A DNA stretch of 51,531 nt, from assembly GCA_050012475.1 (NCBI GenBank), contig JBEKHC010000028.1:1-51531 (forward strand), in the 5' to 3' direction. Under the pieces are notes generated by a model. That model saw only the letters and a program-made list of their open reading frames with translations, was not told where the DNA came from and ran no database searches. Source of the DNA: Candidatus Velthaea sp. (lineage in GTDB: Bacteria > Vulcanimicrobiota > Vulcanimicrobiia > Vulcanimicrobiales > Vulcanimicrobiaceae). Numbering within the stretch: position 1 is the stretch's first letter; every line of letters begins with the position of its first letter. The translations under genes and the position numbers were made by a program. Below are positions 47,655 to 51,531 of the stretch, in pieces.

Positions 47655-50184
47655 CCGCTTCCCACGCGGCCGGCTCGTCGAGCCGCACCGACGGCACCTG
47701 CGGTCGCGCACGCTGCCCGGCACGGTTGAACCGGCCTGCCAACGCGACGCGGGCGTGAGCTCCTCCCCCGCGCCGTCGCGTGACGTTGAAATTGCGCGCA
47801 ATCGCGTCGATCAAGAACAGGCCGCGCCCGCGTTCGCTGAAGGGGTCGACGGGCAGCCGGGGGTGGAGCGCAAAGCCTTCGCCGTTGTCCATCGTGTGAA
47901 GGATCGGCGTTCGACCGCGCATATCCAGCGTGACGTCGATTTCTCCGGCCGCGTAACGGACGACGTTGCCCAGCAATTCGCCGAAAATCAATTCGGCCCG
48001 GAATCGATCGTCGGGCGAAAGGCCGCGCGCGCGCAACACGTCGACGAACTCGTGCCGAGCGGCGTGCGCCTCATCCGCGTCGTTTACATCGAACGTCCAG
48101 CGCACGGTCGGGCCGTACCCCGCGGCGGCCGGCAGTTGCGCTTTGGCCAGGAGCTGCACGACGAGCACGGCAATATCGTCGCCCTTGCGTTCGACTTCGG
48201 TGACGGTCTTGTTGCGAACGGTCCCCAACATCGCCGCGACGAGCGCACGAGCGGGATTCTTGCGGGGAAGCGCTGCGGCGGCTCGTTTGAGCAGCGCTTC
48301 CCCGGCCGCAAGGTCGCGGTTCCATTCCGTTAGACCGTCGGTGTAGAGAATCAGGTCGGTTCCCAGCGGCATGTCGATCACCGACGCCGGCGCTTCGTTT
48401 CGCTCGCGAAGACCCAGCGGCAGACCCGGCTCGCCGATCACTTCCTCGATCGATCCGTCACTGCGCCGCAGCAGCGGGCGCGGGTGACCCGCGAAGGCAT
48501 ACGTCAAGGTGAGTTCGATGGGATCCAAGATACCGACGAACGCCGTAACAAAACTTTCGGGGTGTTCGACTTTGAGATTCTGATCGGCTGCGTCGAGCAC
48601 GGCAATCGGTTCGGCATACAAGTGCGCAACGCCCCGGATGACCTGCCGCATCGATGCCATGACCATCGCCGCTTCCCGGCCGGTGCCGGTCACGTCGCCG
48701 ATCGATAACAGAATTCTGCCGTCGGCGAGCGCGACGGCATCATACCAGTCGCCGCCCAGCCGAAAATCGTTATTTGCCGCCCGGTAGATCGCATCAAATG
48801 CAATCCCAGCGATCTGCGGGAGAGCTGCGGGCAACGCCGTCTCCTGAAAGGTCTGAGCCATCGTCCGTTCGCGGCTGAGTTCGAGTCTGAGCCGGTCTTT
48901 CACGGCCTCGGCTGCCTCGTTCGCCGCTTGGGCCAACGCCTTGGCTTCGATGAGCGACTTCATCTCGCTGATGTCGCGCCCGGTCTCCGAGATGCCGATG
49001 CATTGACCCGCCGTGCTCCTGATCGGAGAAAGCGTCAGCAACACCGCAACCTCGCTGCCATCGCTCCGCTTGCGCAGCGTTTCGAACGGCATGACGCGGT
49101 CGCCGCGCTTCAGACGTTCGCAGATCTGCGCCTCCGCGTCGCGACAGCTCTCGGGGATCAAGTCGTACATGGACGTGCCGATGGCCGTCGCCGCCACGAT
49201 CCCGAACAACCGTTCCGCCCCGCTGTTGCATGCGGTGATGATACCTTCGAACGATTTGCTCATGATCGCGTCGTCGGACGATTCGACGATGGCCGCCAAA
49301 CGCGAACGCGCTTCCTCGAGTTGCTTGCGCTCGGTGATGTCCTCCGAGATGCGCAGAACATAAGCCGGCTTGCCGTTTTCGTTCAGCAGCCGGACCTTTC
49401 TGGTATGCTGCCAGCGCTCGCCGGCTCGCGTGCTGATGCGCTCCTCGGGAACGTCGAGCGCTCCGTCGCGGAGCGTCGCTCGATCCGTCGCCTGGTACGA
49501 AGCCGCCTCGGTCAACGGATACAGATCGAGGTCCGCCTTGCCGATGATGTCGTCGCGCGAGGTGCCGAAGTATCGTTCGCCGGTTCGATTGATCCGAAGA
49601 TAGCGCAGATGTTCGGCGTCTTTGAGAAAGATGCCGTACGGGATGTTCTCGAAGATCGCATCGAGGAGTTCCTCGGCCCGCTTTTGGTCGCTGAGATCGG
49701 TCGCGACCAAGCAGATGCCGTCTTCGGCATCTTGAAGCGGGATTGCGCTGAGCGACAACTGGACGGGCAGGACCGTTCCGTCGGCATGGAACAAGCGGCT
49801 CTCGGCGCGAGCGTCTTGCGTCAACGCAAATCGGGCTAGTTTGCGGAAGCTCTGCCGGTCCTGCGCGCGCAGCACCGATGTAAACGGCGACCCGGTGAGC
49901 CGTTCGGCCGGCCGACCCACCATTTCCGCCAATCGCTTATTGCAGAAGAGGATGATGCCGTCGGAGGTCAGCGTCGCTGCCCCCTCGTGCATTCGCTCGG
50001 CCAGAATGCGATACGGTTCCTCGGCGCTTTGAAGCGTGAAAACCTGCGTACCTTGCGGCCCTTCGACCACCACTGCGTCGACTTCACCGTCGCGAATGCC
50101 GTGCACGATCGCTTCACATTCGGTTAGCCGGGTACGGACCTGCTCGAGTTCGGCACGCAGGGCTCGCTCGGCGTCGCTTTTCAG
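47626..50184 (-). CDS. Signal transducer: coiled coil, three PAS domains, SpoIIE/PP2C phosphatase and RsbW-like HATPase
   Basis: IRDGEVDAVVV; PAS ends TDLSDQK, EDITERK, RDISEMK; GGDWYD, GDVTG, AGHP, YTDGL, DDIAVL; ELLGNVVRYA, DNGEGF, RGRGLFLI; start inferred at CTG 50184 (first GTG 50106). Confidence 0.85.
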   Translation of the reverse strand: MKSDAERALRAELEQVRTRLTECEAIVHGIRDGEVDAVVVEGPQGTQVFTLQSAEEPYRILAERMHEGAATLTSDGIILFCNKRLAEMVGRPAERLTGSPFTSVLRAQDRQSFRKLARFALTQDARAESRLFHADGTVLPVQLSLSAIPLQDAEDGICLVATDLSDQKRAEELLDAIFENIPYGIFLKDAEHLRYLRINRTGERYFGTSRDDIIGKADLDLYPLTEAASYQATDRATLRDGALDVPEERISTRAGERWQHTRKVRLLNENGKPAYVLRISEDITERKQLEEARSRLAAIVESSDDAIMSKSFEGIITACNSGAERLFGIVAATAIGTSMYDLIPESCRDAEAQICERLKRGDRVMPFETLRKRSDGSEVAVLLTLSPIRSTAGQCIGISETGRDISEMKSLIEAKALAQAANEAAEAVKDRLRLELSRERTMAQTFQETALPAALPQIAGIAFDAIYRAANNDFRLGGDWYDAVALADGRILLSIGDVTGTGREAAMVMASMRQVIRGVAHLYAEPIAVLDAADQNLKVEHPESFVTAFVGILDPIELTLTYAFAGHPRPLLRRSDGSIEEVIGEPGLPLGLRERNEAPASVIDMPLGTDLILYTDGLTEWNRDLAAGEALLKRAAAALPRKNPARALVAAMLGTVRNKTVTEVERKGDDIAVLVVQLLAKAQLPAAAGYGPTVRWTFDVNDADEAHAARHEFVDVLRARGLSPDDRFRAELIFGELLGNVVRYAAGEIDVTLDMRGRTPILHTMDNGEGFALHPRLPVDPFSERGRGLFLIDAIARNFNVTRRRGGGAHARVALAGRFNRAGQRARPQVPSVRLDEPAAWEAAIPRSECAT

Positions 50185-50537
50185 GACGGCGCTTTCCGGC
50201 CGGTGTTTTTGGGCTGGATATCGAGCCCGTACAAGACCTTTTCGTGGTCCGAGAGATCGCCGATGATTCGCCGCAGCGGCAGCGGCAGCGACTTGATCAA
50301 CGTCGGCGCAGCCAGCACTTGTTCGTCCTTTGCCAGCGCCGGCCGCTGGTGAATGTCGATGACCTCGAGATCGTAGCGGCCCTCCAGTTGCTCCTTGCAA
50401 ATGGTGCTGATATTAAGGATCGCGCGGCGCGACCGCGCGGTCGCGCCGGTCACGTACAGCCGCAGCACGTAGGTCGGCGCCGCCGGCGCGCCGTCGCCGC
50501 TCGCCTGCGTCGATTTCTTGGGCGACCTGCTCGTCAC
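50181..50537 (-). CDS. kaiB: KaiB family protein (second copy)
   Basis: [45 protein letters not shown] start overlaps the upstream stop. Confidence 0.92.
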   Translation of the reverse strand: MTSRSPKKSTQASGDGAPAAPTYVLRLYVTGATARSRRAILNISTICKEQLEGRYDLEVIDIHQRPALAKDEQVLAAPTLIKSLPLPLRRIIGDLSDHEKVLYGLDIQPKNTGRKAPS

Positions 50538-50860
50538 GATACGAGTCCGCCGGGCTGAATATCGAGCCCGACCAGAACGCGTTCGGCGTCCGAAAGGTCG
50601 CCGATGATTTTCTTGAGCGGCGTCGGCAGCCGGCGCACGAGCGTGGGGACGGCGAGGATTTGATCTCCAGCCGCGAGCTTGGGACTCTTCAAGAGGTCGA
50701 TGACCTCGATCTTGTATTTGCCCGGCAAGAACTGGTCGCAGATCCGTTGCAAATTGTTGAGGGCTGCGATCGAGCGCGGAGTTCCCCCGGCGATGTAGAG
50801 GCGCAGATTCCAGGTGTCCTCGCGAGCCGGCTGTCTTTTTGTCGCGCTGCGACCGCTCAT
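50534..50860 (-). CDS. kaiB: KaiB family protein (first copy)
   Basis: [39 protein letters not shown]. Confidence 0.93.
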   Translation of the reverse strand: MSGRSATKRQPAREDTWNLRLYIAGGTPRSIAALNNLQRICDQFLPGKYKIEVIDLLKSPKLAAGDQILAVPTLVRRLPTPLKKIIGDLSDAERVLVGLDIQPGGLVS

Positions 50861-51531
50861 GCCCGGGCCTGCTCCATCTCTTTGCGGTCGGCGTCGAGCT
50901 GCTTGTCGAGCAGATCGGTTTCGCGCGCGCTGCGCAAGAACGCTTGTTCTTCCAACTCGAATTGCGAGCGCATGATGGCGATCTGGGCCTCCAATTGGCG
51001 ACGCCGCTGCTCGAATTCAACCGACTTGCGCTCGGCTTGCGCGCGGCGTTCGGCGCGCTCCGCTCGTTCCTTGGCTTCCAACGCGACGCGGGCCGACCCG
51101 GTGAGCAACCCGGCCGCCCCGACGTACACGTCGAGCAATTCCACGCCCTGATCGGTCATCACGAATTCGCGAATTTGGTTCGAATGGGGCATCCCGCGCG
51201 ACTTGAGCACGTACAATCCGCGATTGCGCTCGCCGTTCGATTCCAAATTGCGCAGCAGAAGCCAGGCATCCATTTGCGAGGAGACCCCGATTTCGCTCAG
51301 TTCGGGCGAGCTGTCGCCGGTCGTGAGGCTGGTGAACATCGCGGTGATCTGATCCGACTTGAACATATCGATCAGCCGGGTCACCATCGACTTCACCTCT
51401 AAACGATTTCCGACGGAAACGAAATTGGTGATGGGGTCGACGACGACCACACTGGGACGGAACGACTTGATCGCGTCGTGGATGGTCACCAAGTGCCGTT
51501 CGAGGCCGAACGTTCCCGGCCGCGCCGTGTA
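50857..51531 (-). CDS. kaiC: KaiC family ATPase, C-terminal part (5' end outside the window)
   Basis: [49 protein letters not shown], then a coiled-coil tail; frame open to the window edge. Confidence 0.93.
   Translation of the reverse strand, partial: YTARPGTFGLERHLVTIHDAIKSFRPSVVVVDPITNFVSVGNRLEVKSMVTRLIDMFKSDQITAMFTSLTTGDSSPELSEIGVSSQMDAWLLLRNLESNGERNRGLYVLKSRGMPHSNQIREFVMTDQGVELLDVYVGAAGLLTGSARVALEAKERAERAERRAQAERKSVEFEQRRRQLEAQIAIMRSQFELEEQAFLRSARETDLLDKQLDADRKEMEQARA

Noticed and set aside
1..51531. CRISPR array, rRNA, intact IS/transposase or integrase
   Set aside because: No repeat-spacer periodicity, rRNA signatures or recombinase motifs seen; the tandem repeats have two copies and no spacers.

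Overview
High-GC bacterial chromosome segment from a diderm organism (it encodes a TonB-dependent receptor). The lipoprotein and beta-propeller repertoire suggests Vulcanimicrobiota/Eremiobacterota, which is inference only. Left to right: a probable integrated-element edge next to tRNA-Val(GAC); a serine hydrolase, a VOC protein, an H1-like DUF6496 protein, topoisomerase IB and DUF488; a tRNA-Val(CAC)/tRNA-Asp(GTC) operon; a Mo-oxidoreductase/FNR pair; a decayed patch of gene fragments (about 7.9-12 kb) around an intact epoxide hydrolase; DUF4436 and secreted proteins; a candidate structured ncRNA, tRNA-Phe and an EndoVII/HNH nuclease behind a perfect LexA-type box; two beta-propeller lipoproteins and an ICMT-family protein; an ArsR(Rv0081-like)-hyfBCEFGI operon whose large subunit keeps both CxxC motifs; an animal-type heme peroxidase; xth; a sugar ABC transporter; pgi; a membrane leader protein ending in RPPP coupled by an SD-sequestering hairpin to a TonB-dependent receptor; DUF1800/DUF1501; DUF5069; a phosphoesterase; an aldose epimerase; and a kaiC-kaiB-kaiB-(PAS)3-SpoIIE-HATPase operon that runs off the right end. 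The strongest novelty candidates are the RPPP leader/TBDT attenuator, the Cys-retaining Ehr-like hydrogenase, the Kai operon wired to a partner-switching phosphatase/kinase, and the unassigned RNA element upstream of tRNA-Phe. All family calls come from motif recognition by eye; no searches were run.
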